From Octopus sinensis (taxonomy: Eukaryota): a stretch of DNA of 64,000 bases. Shown here in pieces: positions 39,077 through 52,080 of this stretch. The stretch is taken from NCBI RefSeq assembly GCF_006345805.1, contig NC_043000.1, positions 106,268,001-106,332,000 of the forward strand. Direction: 5' to 3'. Made by a program: the position numbers and the translations under genes. Numbering within the stretch: position 1 is the stretch's first letter; every line of letters starts with the position of its first letter. The notes beneath the pieces were generated by a model that was not told the DNA's origin, did no database searches, and was given only the letters and a program-made list of their open reading frames with translations.

Positions 39077-42000
39077 GTAAGGGATTCTATTCGAACTCAC
39101 ATTTATCTAACACCTGTCTGCATTTTTGTTTATTTGTTGCCATGGTTTCAGAAACAATAATTTACTGTATTTACTAATTCTGTGGTCGCTTGTCTTACTA
39201 GAAATAAAAACTAAAATGCCTTAAATCTCATCCTAACATTAAAAAAAAAAAATTGAAGATCACATTAAATGGACATCCCAGAGTTTAAGTTCCGAAACAG
39301 AAACTTTTCAAAATAGAAAATAAGTTGGTTGATTCATTTGCGCATGCAAAAATATGCACTATTTTACAAGTTACTGGGAAACGATCAAGTTAATGAAATT
39401 TCGTAATTCTTCTTTTTAAGTTTTCAACTTCAAACGGACGTTTTAGCTTGTTCGCTGACTTCTTTTCTTTTCTTAATACCTGTCTTTTTTATAGAAGCGT
39501 TCTAACCAAGACCATTCCGTTTGTTTTCTTTTTTCTTAATTACACTGTAGTGACTTCATTCCACCTAGGACTTTGTTTTCTTGTATCTTCTTTAATAAGG
39601 CATATTTTGTACAAGGAAATCAACCAACTTAATTTCTATTTTGAAAATTATGTTTTGAAGTTTTTGAACTCGGAGATATCCCATTAAATAATGTCGATCT
39701 ACACGATTGTGGCTGGAATGTCTTTAGTCGTTGGTCTGCTTGATTAGAGTTAACCTGTGGTTAAACAACCTGTATTTTGGGCGAAGGAGTTGATGTAAAA
39801 TATCAAGTTCATTGCTCTTTTGTTCTGAGGATGTTTCTCTGCTATACTAAATCCACTTGTATTTGTTCTTTATTTCGAACCCCATTGAAGGGCAAGGAAT
39901 GTCAAAATCGGTAGAATGGCAAACAATATTCTTTGTTATATTTTGAAAATATATGACCGTGTGCCTACTCTCAAAATCATTGTGGAATCAGTTCGTAGTT
40001 CTTCAACATCAACTTTGCCTTTTCTTCTGCTGAGGGAATAAGCACTAACAAAATACAGTTTCAAGTCAGTTGAAGAAATCTATCGTCCACTGGCATAATT
40101 AAAACTGATTGTCACAACATCTCATTAACCCTCTTCTAATTCTCTCCTTTCAAAAGCCACAAGACTGCTACTCAATTCCAGTTTATTCAGCATGAAAGCA
40201 CTAAACAGAGTACTTTTCTATTGTGACTACTTCTTCCAGAATTTATTCCTTCAAGGTTATCAGTAGCATTTATAATAAAATGGGGCATGTGCACTTGGTT
40301 TTGAACCCATAAATTATGGAGTTGGTAGTGTAATATTGTATCCACTCAATTATATAACTGTCTCCTAATTTTTTTAATTTCCAGTTTTGATTTTGAAAGC
40401 AAAAATTTGTTACTTGGGCTATTGATGAGAAACCATCCACATGACAAAAGATGGTGAGTGGTATACCATAGGGGTCAGAGGCTGAACTTTTGCTATTTGT
40501 TATGTACAAATATGCATTAATGAACAGATCAAAGTCATCAATAACAATAAGCTACTCTTCTGTGGAAGAAACAAAAAGATACAAGAAAATGTGTGAAAGT
40601 AGTGACTTGGAAAATGTTTAGAAAAGTGGCTGTTGAAATCTCATCCCAAGAAAAGCAGATCTATAATAGAAAGAATGACATGAAGAAAAATATGAAACAT
40701 GCGAGAGCTGACTGGATACTTTGTAAAGGATAGATTTCAAATTCTGCTGCAGTTCAATTATTATCCATTCCACCAAGGACAATAAAACAAATATAACTTA
40801 TACACTGAGAATCAGTAAAATAATATAAATAATATACTAGCACCATTGTATTTCTATAAAGAAGATTACATTAAAAGTGTACTACATTACTTACAAAGAG
40901 CTTTTAAGAGCCAGTGCATAGCTCTGATTTCATGGTATTAAATGGATGAAATATCTCATAGTGGGTAGGAATCCAGCCTTTCACAATTGACAGGAGAGAT
41001 CTCTGTGGTCACTCAATCTGCTAAAAATAGCAGTCAAATCTCCTTCACATAATATCTACCATCATAGGAAATGACTATTAGATTATGTAGTTTGGGGTCC
41101 CCTGCACATCAAAAAAGGTGAGATTACTATGGCAGGTATTCCTTTGATCATAGTCTGCAGACTTGGAACTAAGCTGAAGTAACTTAGATAAACTAAGGCA
41201 TTGTAGAATAAATTGTTCTCCTAGAAACACAATGAAGTGATTGCAATTGATTTGAAGTCATAACTTATGAGCAAATAGTTCAGTACTTTATCCATACGAT
41301 CATCCCACTACTACACTCCTCTAAGCCTGTATTGAATCACTTGACCTGCTAGAAGAAGCAGCCATATCTCTCACAAACCACATCTTACCCCCAGGAAAAA
41401 GAGACTCATTGAGTAATGTAGTCCTAGCTGTATTCTTGAAAAGGAAAATAATTTAGGATGGGCACGACTGGAACACCTTTGATCATAGTGTACTGAATCT
41501 AAGGTGACTTGGATTTCAATAATAACTAATACATGTCAAGCCATAAAATAACTCCTGTGTCACTTGATATGCTAGAAATGACAGTGTACTCTCTTTCAAA
41601 TCATACCCTATGATCTTAAAAAGGAAGGACACATTGGGTAATATTGTTCTAGTTAAATAAAACTGGATGGACACGGCTGGAATGCTTTTGTTCATAAGTT
41701 TGCTCAATTGGGGCTGATCTAGAATTAAACAACAAATTCATGACCACACTGTCCAATGTGTCCTTCCTTTTTAAGATAGTAGTAGCAGAGTGTGATTTGA
41801 GAAAATTTGGCTGTTAACTCCAACAGACGAAAAGATCAGATAGAGCTTCCTTCATTGGCTTATTGGGTAACCCTGAGTCAATGGAATAAACCTATGATTA
41901 TAAGTGTCTCTGCTGTGACCATTCTCATCTTTTATTCTGGGATTTATTAAACGTTTGTTTCCTTTTTTGAAAATGGTAGGTTATGATTTGAGGGAGAATT

Positions 42001-42416
42001 GGCTGCCATTTTTTGCAGATCAAATGATTGTATATAATTTTCGTCATTGATTTGTTACTACTTGGAATTAAAAAATGGCCAGTGAATATTAAAAGTTTGA
42101 AGTTGGGTATTAAAAAAAAAAAAAATGGTTGCTTGCAAGGGAGGCCACTCTTGTAGAAAGGAATGCCAAAACCGGCAGGGTCATCGTAGCCTCTCATCTT
42201 TCAGGAACCGAAAAAATTAAATAGCAATCAAATACTGGGGTCAATGGTATCGACTAACCCACTCCCTTCAAAATTGCTTTTGTACCTAAAATTCAAAAAC
42301 CGTTATTAATTTTCCGTGTGTGAGCGGTGAATGGCAGAATCGTTAATGTCGGGGAACATGTTCTTTACATTCTGCGTTCAAGCCCCGCCGATATTAACTT
42401 TGTCGGTCAATATAAA

Positions 42417-43389
42417 GGTCTTCACCCGGGAACAAAAAAATAATAAACCAGCCTGGTGGGTGTTAACAAGTATGTAGAAAACGAATAAGAAAAAAATGCG
42501 CGCTGAGGAGGGAACTTTCGGAAAATTCACAAGATCCGATTTTTCCGTCATAACTTCCGGGAAAATGGATATATATTGATTTTTCTTTATGGAATCCCAC
42601 GTTTTTGTTTATGGAAGATCCGATTCTGAAAAAAATATTTTCAAAAATCGCATTTTCAAAATTTCAATCCCCCTCTCCTTTTCATTTTTCATTTTTTCCG
42701 GAGATTTTTTGTTTTTTGTAAAATACGTTGAAAAATTACGATTCTGAAGAAAATTTGTTTGTAAAATTTCGATTTTTCAACAAAACAAAAAGAATACATA
42801 CCCTCAGGCCTTCATGCAGGCTATTCAAATGTTAGAAATAACAGCCAAATCTCACAAAGCTGCGAAAACATAATATAATAAATGTACTCACCTTTCTGCA
42901 AAGATTTCTTTGAGAGTAATTTCCCGTAGTAATATGACAAAATAATTCATGTGAAATTAAAGTGGGGTTTTTTTTTGGGGGGGGGGTAACTTTTTTAAAG
43001 ACTATTTTCGAATTTTTTTTCCATCAATCTACGTGAGAAAATATGGAGATTAAGAATATGGAAAAAATAAACACAAATTTAAATTTAAATTTTTTCAGAC
43101 TCGTAATCTCCGTGTTTTTCTACGTATTTCGCAAAAGAAAAAAGATTTCCCGGAAAAAGTGAAAAATGAAATTGAAATTTTGAAAATGCAATTTTTGAAA
43201 AAAAATTTTTTTTTAGAATCGGATCCTCCATAAACAAAAACGTGGGATTCCGTAAAAAAAAAATCAATATATATCCATTTTACCGGAAGTTATGACGGAA
43301 AAATCGGATCTTTTGAATTTTCCGAAAGTACTTCCGGGTCATTTTCTACACCCACCAGCCTGGTTTATTTTTGTTCCCGGGTGAAGACC
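42417..43389. mobile_element. Foldback/MITE-type non-autonomous DNA element with long inverted arms
   Basis: Terminal IR GGTCTTCACCCGGGAACAAAAA...AAACCAG.CTGGTGGGTGT plus a ~250-bp internal IR (42512-42780 vs 43085-43330). No ORF; TSD not evident. Confidence 0.8.
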
Positions 43390-45329
43390 ACTTTGTCTTT
43401 ATTGCTGTTGAATTCAATGGAATCGATTAATGAACTCACCGTAAAATTGCTGGCCCTATACCTCAATTAGAGATGATTATTCATTTTCCGAAAGATAAAA
43501 TAACCCTCTCTATGTAGATTGTGAGTCCAGTATATTCCCAATATGTTAAAAAGTGTGGTGAGTGACATAATTCTTAAACAAATGTTTTTAATTAAAAATA
43601 AACTTGTTTGCTAAAATAATTGGATAAGTGACAACGTAAAACAATTAAAAGTCGCAAAAATAGATCTCTATCAAAAACTTATATCTTCTCGCATAGTTTT
43701 TTTTTTTTTAGGACACATCTATCTTCGTTCAATTTTATTCTATTTTGGAAAATTTGATGCTACTGTGATCTTCGGGAAACAAAAGTACTAGAAAGAGAGA
43801 GTGAACATGTGAGTGTGTGTGCAGTTGAACAATGTTAAAATGCACAAGGGAGACGACTGCATCGGTATACTATCGGTATATATGATGCAGGGGAGAGAAT
43901 TGCGTCGTTTCTGGGGGCATTTAATGTAAATGACGGTAGAAGTGCATTTGCTATTAGTAGAAGGGACCAGCAAAAGTGAAAGATATGGCAAATGTGGCGA
44001 GATCTCGAGAGAAAGTGGATTTTATAAATGTAATGAATAAAACTGAGATGTATGGGAATATACTGTGTGGTAAAGCCTGTCCAAGTCCACTCCGTTTTGG
44101 AAAGACGATGCTCCATTGATTAAAAATATTCCCTTTGCCAAAAGAAATGTGACATAATTATTATTAGACAACAATATTTAAAATATCTCCATCACTTTAT
44201 GTTCTGAGTTCTATTTCTCCCAGAAAGACAGAGACATATTGAATCATAATAGGTTTTTCCACTCATAGGAGATATTACTTATTAGTTTCCCCTCATTGAT
44301 GGAAATCAATTAAGTTCCTGTATGCTGCTGAAATTGTGTGTATAGGTGCACATCAGTCAAGCCATGAGTAACTTGGGCTATTATGATAGCAGCTTTTCTG
44401 TCTCAAAAACAAGGCATTGGGTGGATGCTACTCCAAACTCTGGAGGTTCCCTGTAGACAGGATGCTAGTTTTCTGCAAAGTTAACCCTACCTGCTATTGT
44501 TAGTACTAGATCTCATTTTCAGCTGAATGAAGTAGAATTATCCTGCTCCAGGCACAATACATAGGCCACTCAGGGAATCAAATGCATGGCCTTATGATTG
44601 CGAGTCCAGTGAACAGACCTTGCAAATATAACATTATTATTGTTGTTGTTGCTACTGATCTAATTAAGGCTAGCAGACTAAATGCTTAATGGCGTTTCTT
44701 CCAGCTCTTTACATTCTAAAGTTGACTTTGCTTTTCATCCTTTTGGAGTTGATGAAATAAAGACCAGTTGAGGACTGGGATCATTGTAATCAACTTGTCC
44801 CTTCCCCTAAAATTTCTTGTCTAATGCCAAAATTAGAAAGAATTATTATGGATTTAATTAAGATAAAGTGATGAACTAAATTCAGTTTCAAATCCTGCTG
44901 GGTTCGAATTTGGATTTTTCGTGACTGGAGTTTGAAATTGACTCAAACTAACAACACCACTTTAACTACAATCTTTGTACTTGAGTAATCATTTTCATTA
45001 TTGACATTGGGAGTAAGGATGACAGAATTGTTTTTGCACTGGGCAAAATGTTTAGTGGCATTTCATCCATTTTTGTATTCTGAGTTCAAATTCCACCAAA
45101 GTCGACTTTGCTTTCATCCTTTTGGTATCAATAAAATAAGTACCACTGGGATTGATGTATTTAACTTATCCCAACTCCCCGAAATTGCTGGCCTTACACC
45201 AAAATTTGAAACCATTATTAACACTGAAGTTGGTGAGGGTGAGGGGAAATATTAGTGTTGGATTAAATGTCTTGCATTCAATACTAATGTTCATTTATAT
45301 GTTAAAGTTTCATTCAGGAGGTATATAAA

Positions 45330-46585
45330 AAAAGAGGAAACAGCTTAGAGTGGTATATGAAAAATGCCGTGGAGCCATTGTTGAAGCATACAAAGAAGGC
45401 TAACGTCATCAAAACTGAAAATTGTGTAATGAAAGAAAAATTTAAACAAGAGATGAACACAGAAAAAGCAAGGAAGGAAAAAAATGTACGGTCTGTTTGC
45501 AAGAGATCTGAACACGAAGACGGATACCGAGGACTGGTGGTTATGGATGAGGAGTAGTGACCCGAAGATAGAGACAGAAGCACTCATATGCACAGCTCAA
45601 GAATAAGCATTAAGGACCAACTATGTGAAGTGCAGAATATTCAACAATATTCAACGCTACTGACAGTGACAAATGCAGAATGCGTAGTGAGAGGGGTGAA
45701 ATGGTATGGCACATCATCAGCAAGTGACTGAAATTGGCACAACGTGAATATAAAAGACGCCATGACAATGTGGCAAGAACGATCCATTGGGAGCTCTGTG
45801 GAAATCTTGGCCTACAAAGAGCAAAGGCATGGTATGATCAAACCCCAGAAGGAGTCACGGAGAATGAGAATTATAAAATCCTGTGGGATACAATGATCCA
45901 GTGCGATCACCTGACCAGATGTCTGTTGTGGTGAATGAAAAAAAAGAACGTTCATGATAATCGACATAGCATGCCCCAGTGACAACAGGATCAATGTGAA
46001 AGAAGAAAAAATAAACAACTATAATGATTTGAGTGGAGGTGCATGGCTTAGTAGTTAGGGTGTCAGCATCATGATTGTAAGATTGTGGTTTCAATTCCTG
46101 GACTGGGCTATGCATTGTGTTCTTGAGCAAAACACTTCATTTCATGTTGCTCCAATCCACTCAGCTGGCAAAAATGAGTAAAGCTGGCATCCCGTCCAGC
46201 TGGGGAACACATATGCCATAGAAACCAAGAAACTGGGCCCACGAGCCTGGCTAGGCTTTAAAAGGCGCAGATGGAGAGAGAAATGATGATTTGAAGTGGG
46301 AAATATGAAGGTTGTGGTCAATGAGGAGAGTAGACATGATACCAATAGTAATTGGTGCACATGGAAATATCAGCACTCCACTACCAGCATGGCTAAAAAA
46401 GATTGGTGCAAGTGTAAAGGTAGAACACCTTCATAAATCAGCATTACTTGGAACTACAAGAATTCTACACAGAGTTCTTGAAGCATGACCAGTAAACAAG
46501 TATTACTTTAGTCTGCTGACTATGGACAGCTGACACTTTCCATCACACCCAGCAGAATAAGCTATGAGTTTTCATCACATAATAA
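45330..46585 (+). mobile_element. R4/Dong-like (RLE) non-LTR retrotransposon 3' fragment, interrupted by a SINE (~46038-46270)
   Basis: ETEALI..AQE.ALRTN, C..C zinc knuckle, YKRRHDNVARTIHWELC, KILWD and PD..V RLE motif; ends in a (TAA)-like run. Confidence 0.8.
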
Positions 46586-46594
46586 TTATAATTT

Positions 46595-47250
46595 TTACAC
46601 AAGGCCAGCAATTTTGGGAAAGGCGGCTGATCGATTACACTGACCTCAGTGCTCTTCTGGTACTTATTTTATCAATCCTGAAAGGATTAAAAACAAAGTC
46701 AACCTCAGCAGAATTTGAACTCGGAATGTAAAGACTGACAAAATGCTGCTAAGTATTTTGCCCAGCATGATAATGATTCTGCCAGTTTGCCATCTAAATA
46801 ATAATCCTTTCTACTAAAGGCACAAGGCCTGAAATTTGTGGGGAGGGAACTAGTTGATTACATCAACCGCAGTACACCACTGGTACTTAATTTATCGATC
46901 CTGAAAGGATGAAAGGCAAAGTTGACCTCAGCAGAGTTTCAGCTCAGAACATAAAGACTAACAAAATGCCACTAAGCATTCTGCCAGCTCACCACCTTCA
47001 CAACATAATAATAATAATAATAATAATAATGATAATAATGGTTTCAAGTTTTGACACAAGGCCAGCAATTTTGGGGGAAGTGGGTAAGTTGATTACCCCA
47101 GTGCTCAACTTATATTTATTTTATCAACCTCAAAAGAATGAAGGCAAGGTCAACCACAGTGGAATTTAAACTCAAACTGTGAAGCCAGATAAAATGTCCC
47201 TAAGCATTTTGTCTAGCATTCTAACAGTTCTGTCAACTTGCCACCTTAAT
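46595..47250 (-). mobile_element. Three tandem antisense copies of a tRNA-derived SINE
   Basis: Repeated ACAAGGCC.GCAATTTT...GAAAGGCAAAGTTGACCTC...GAATTTGAACTC unit separated by (ATA)n. Plus-strand copies at ~34000-34185 and 45015-45215. Confidence 0.7.
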
Positions 47251-47293
47251 CATAATAATAATAATGATTTTCTTTTTTTTTTTTTTTTTCCAG

Positions 47294-47400
47294 TAAGACT
47301 GAAACATTTTGGACAATGACAGGTCTTTTCCCACAAGAGTTTGTACTCAGTTTTCCATCACTAATGGAGATCAATGAAATTGTTATATTATGTTGTAATG
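47294..47400 (+). CDS. IFT25: IFT25 exon 2
   Basis: Poly-T+cag acceptor; KTETFWTMTGLFPQEFVLSF resembles NPETFWTTTGMFPQEFIICF; G|gtaag donor. Confidence 0.95.
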
Positions 47401-49124
47401 GTAAGTATAGTTAATTATTACCAATTATGCCAGATTTGGCCTTATAAAGGGATCAGTAACACTATGTGTATATCTTGATTAAGCTTTGGGAATAATAATT
47501 GTTTCTAACATAAGCACGAGTCTACAAACTTGGTGGGGTGGGGATTAATCAAGTAAATCAATCTAGTACTTGACTGGTACTTTATTTTATTGATGACAGA
47601 AGAATAAATTGAACCCAGAATTTAAATAACTAGAACAAATATTGCAAGGCATTTTTTCCAACACTACTAATTTTGCCAATCTGCCACTCTAGGTGTAAAA
47701 ATAGATCTAATGCATAGAAGACTGTTCATAATGTTGTGAGATTATAATTTTGTGGATTATTAACTTCATCTTCAATTCCTCTTGCAAATAAAGTCACTCA
47801 TCTACAGTAGACTAGCATTCTATCCAGAAGGGTATTTGTCTCTTAACAATTACTAATGCTTCACTAACCAAATCAACAGTGTTCTGGACTACTGTTAGAC
47901 AGAGAATCTAACCATGTGAAGATTATTTCCACGATTGTTACACTAAACTCTCAAATAGTCCATCCCAACTAGTTATAAATAGTTATATATTTCTGACTCA
48001 TTAGATCACCTCTTCTGGTACCCTCTCTTCTATAATGATGCCAAAACTGCATCCTAAAGATTTTACCTCCTCTTTAGAGCTGGAAAATATTTCAGTTTTG
48101 ATCATTTGATAACCCTCTAGAAAACTCAGTGTGACCCACATTGGAGTTCTGGTAAACACGTTCTTATTCCTATCTCCCTATCATACTTTGACCTCTCAAT
48201 ATCTGGCATAAAGTCACCTCCCTCTCTACTGCACTCCAACTCAGTCAAGGTAACTTTTTTTGCCTTGTGAGTTATTTGGCAACCTCACTAGTGCAGGTGC
48301 CTGAAAAAATGCACCTATTGCACTCTGTAAAGTATTTGGCATTAGAAAGGGTATCCAACCATAGAAACTGTGCCAAAGCAGACGTTGGATCTGGACACAG
48401 TTCTCCAACTCACAAGATCCTATTGAATTGTCCAACATATGCCATTATAGAAGACAGATGTTAAATGATGATGATGATGGGAGTGGTCTTATATGCGAGT
48501 CATGTGATAATTGAGTTAATTGATTATATCAGTTATTTCGCTATGTTCGTTCTGGACAGCATAGAAAGACCATCCAGCTGACTGACAAAATTTCATTTTG
48601 CACTGTCTGTTTGACAGTGGACCTTTATCACCTTTAGCCAGTCCCCAAAAGGTTTGTTTCTCTTAATAAGGAGGTTTGTAAAAGGAAGTGGAATCTGAAC
48701 TCAGAATACAAGAGACCAGAACAAATACTGCAAAGAATTGAACCTGGTTTTCTAACAGTTCCACCATTCCACTGCCCTGGGCTGGTACTTTATTGACCTT
48801 AAAAGGAAGAAGAGCAAAATTAACCCCATCAGAATTTGAACTCAAGAAAGCACAAAACCAGAACAAATACCACAAGGTATTCATCCCTGTACTCTTGGTG
48901 CAGACATAGCTGTTAAGTTTGCTTCCCAACCACGTGGTTTGGGGTTCAAGGTACCATTGTATGGTACCTTGAGTAACTGTCTTCTACTATAATCCTGGAT
49001 TGACCAAAGCCATGTGAGTAGATTTAGTAGATGGAAACTGAAAGAAGCATGTTGTGCATGTCTGTTTGTATGTATGTGTGTGTGTATGTATGTGTGTCTG
49101 TATGTGTGTATGTATGTGTGTATA

Positions 49125-49435
49125 TATATATATATAAATTAGAAACAACCACCTTTTATCAATTCAAAATGAAAAATTAAATTACACCATCTAGAAAATT
49201 ACATATAATAGATATATTAAATATAAGATAAAAAATATACCGAGGATTAAGTAATGTGCAAAATAATAAATAAACCAAATATATACGTTTTATTTATTAT
49301 TTTGCACATTACTTAATCATCTGTATATTTTTATCTTATATTTAATATTTCTACTATATGTAATTTTCTAGATGGTGTAATTTAATTTTTCATTTTGAAT
49401 TGATAAAAGGTGGGTTTTTTCTAATTTATATATAT
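49125..49435. repeat. AT-rich ~310-bp palindrome in TA microsatellite
   Basis: 49125-49274 is the near reverse complement of 49289-49435. No HHR core visible. Confidence 0.75.
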
Positions 49436-49547
49436 ATTATATTTTGTGAAATTTGATTTAGTATTTCTAAATTGAATTTTTCCCTGTAAGTTTGGAATAA
49501 TATTCCCTCAAATTATTATTATATATATATGTATATTATATGTATGC

Positions 49548-49584
<37 letters not shown>

Positions 49585-50012
49585 GAGCGGGTGTCCTCTT
49601 TCTTGACATTGCATAATAGTTATAAGTACCACCGTCATACAGACAGGGACCATTCATTTCTAATATTCTGTACAAACATGTCTGGTCAAGGAAATATTAC
49701 TTTACTCAGAAACATGTCAGGGTTGGCAACAGTAAGGGCTTCTAGCCATAGAACGTCTGTCACAATACACCCTGTCTGATCCATACAAGCATGGAAAAGT
49801 AGGCATTAAAACAATGATGAATACTTTAATATCTCTTCTAGTTTGCTGCATTCTTTTCTCCCAATTAAATAATAGATGCCGAATTGTTTGTTTGTTTGTT
49901 TTTACTTGCTCGTTCTTCCTTCTAACATCCAGCATAAAAATACACTAAACAACCATTTCAAAATATCTAATCTGATTGTAATAATGCTTTGTTTCTTTTC
50001 AAATTCATTCAG

Positions 50013-50087
50013 TGGCAGACTTGAGAATTGAATCAAGTATGAAAAGTAGCCTAGACTCCGGTGACTGGAATTTTCTGGCTGAAAGCA
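50013..50087 (+). CDS. IFT25: IFT25 exon 3
   Basis: cag acceptor; VADLRIESSMKSSLDSGDWNFLAES resembles VQTLKIEKSTSKEPVDFEQWIEK; gttaag donor; phases are consistent. Confidence 0.88.
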
Positions 50088-50454
50088 GTTAAGTTATGCT
50101 TTTATTATGTTTGTTTCTTTTTCATTTTCTTTTTTGTAATTCCTTTTATTATTTGACTCATTCTTGATGTGGGAAGGTATAGCTATATAGTTAAGAAGCT
50201 CATTTCCCAACCACATTGAATTGGTCTCAGTCCCACTGCATTGTACCTTAGGCAAGTGTCTTCTACTATAGCTCCAGCCAAAGCATTGTCAGTGGATTTG
50301 GAAGATGGGAAACTGAAAGAAGCCTTATCATATACATATATGTGCATCTCTCTCTCTCTCTCTGATATATATATATATATATATATGTAGGTCCCGGGTT
50401 GAGTTGGGGTTAACCACAGTAAATAAGGTACTCAATACATAGCAGAGTAAATTA

Positions 50455-50533
50455 ATTTATTTTATAGAAGGAGCTTCCTGATGATTTCTTCTGAATGAAA
50501 CAGTTCTAGTCCTGTAGAAGCTCCTTCTATAAA

Positions 50534-50539
<6 letters not shown>
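50455..50539 (+). ncRNA. Type I hammerhead ribozyme fold with 23-bp stem I
   Basis: atttattttatagaaggagcttc-CTGATGA-tttc(ttct)gaat-GAAA-cag(ttctagtc)ctg-TA-gaagctccttctataaaataaat. Stem II starts with a U.U mismatch. Confidence 0.7.
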
Positions 50540-50619
<80 letters not shown>

Positions 50620-51747
50620 TACACCGGAGTAAACACATAAATGTGAAACAAGGTGGAAAAAAAGAGTACTCAAATACCAGTGGTAGAGTAATATGAACGG
50701 CAACGGGAAACTCAGAGTAACAGGTTTTGTTGAATTTTCTGCTGCTTTAAATAAAGTATATATATATATAGATAGATAGATATCAGGGTTGATAAAATAA
50801 GTATCAGTTGAGTACTAGGGTCAATGTAATCAACTTCCCCTGCCCTCCGAAATTGTTGACCTTGTACCCAAATTTGAAACCATTATTATTATTATAAAAA
50901 CCACAAAAAACCTTGAGGATGCTCATGAAAAAACAGGACTCTTTGTTAGATGCTTACACTGGAGGGCCTAACAATTTGATAGCAAGTTACCAGTAACACC
51001 TACTAAACACTTCGCCATATTTCACAAGGCTTTTTGTGACTTTTATTATAATAACAATGACTTTACTGTCTCAACTAGTCCTTGGTGAAAATCTTACCAC
51101 ACAATGCACATGTGCCAGTGTTACATTAATGCACCCATGCAGGTGGCACATAAAAAGTACCTAGCACACTCTGTAAAGTGGCTGGCATTAGGAAGGGCAT
51201 CTAGTCATAGAAACCATGCCATGCCTCACAGACAATTGGAGTTTGGACAACAACTCTCCAGCTGGCTAACTCCTATCAAACTGTCCTACCCATGCCAGCA
51301 TGGAAAGTGGAAATTAAATGATGATGGTGATGATATCTATATGAATGAATGGCACTCCATTACTTACGACGACTCGGGTTCCAGTTGATCCGATCAACGG
51401 AACAGCCTGCTCGTGAAATTAACATGCAAGTGGCTGAGCACCCCACAGACACGTAGTTCTCAGAGGTATTCAGCATGACACAGAGTGTGACAAGGCTGAC
51501 CCTATGAAGTACAGGCACAACAGAAACAGGAAGTAAGAGTGAGAGAAAGTTGTAGTGAAAGAGTACAGCAGGGTTCGCCACCATCCCCTGCTGGAGCCTC
51601 ATGGAGCTTTAGGTGTTTCCACTCAATAAACACCAATATTTTTCAAATATCGCACGCAGGCGCATTTACAGTCAGCAAAAATTATAGCATATAATGATGG
51701 GACACGTGTTATCTTGTCTCTGAATTATAAGTTAGTTGTTTTAGGCC

Positions 51748-51856
51748 GGTTACTGATGAGAATTCGCCTGGTAGATAATATGGTCTTGCTAAATTATCTA
51801 TTAAAAGATGGCAAGCAATATTATTTGCTAAAGAAATTCGAAACCATGGTATAACC
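51748..51856 (+). ncRNA. Type I hammerhead ribozyme with ~80-nt extended stem II
   Basis: ggtta-CTGATGA-gaatt...aattc-GAAA-ccatgg-TA-taacc: canonical core, G10.1-C11.1 pair, palindromic ACCATGGT stem III, cleavage predicted after 51851. Confidence 0.82.
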
Positions 51857-51995
51857 ATTATACAAGGTAAAGGTTTTTATTTTTCATTTACTTCAAAATT
51901 TGCTATAAAATTGTGGTTTTTGGCCGTGTTGGCTGCTATTTCTAGCATGTAAAAATTACCTGTTAAAGGGTAATTTTCTATTTTGAAATACGAAT

Positions 51996-52048
51996 ATGTA
52001 TATATATATATATATATATATGTATATTATATATATATTATATATTAT

Positions 52049-52080
<32 letters not shown>

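Noticed and set aside
43857-43890. Short hairpin CTGCATC...GATGCAG as a miRNA candidate
   Set aside because: Stem too short and bulged for a pre-miRNA; no recognisable mature sequence.
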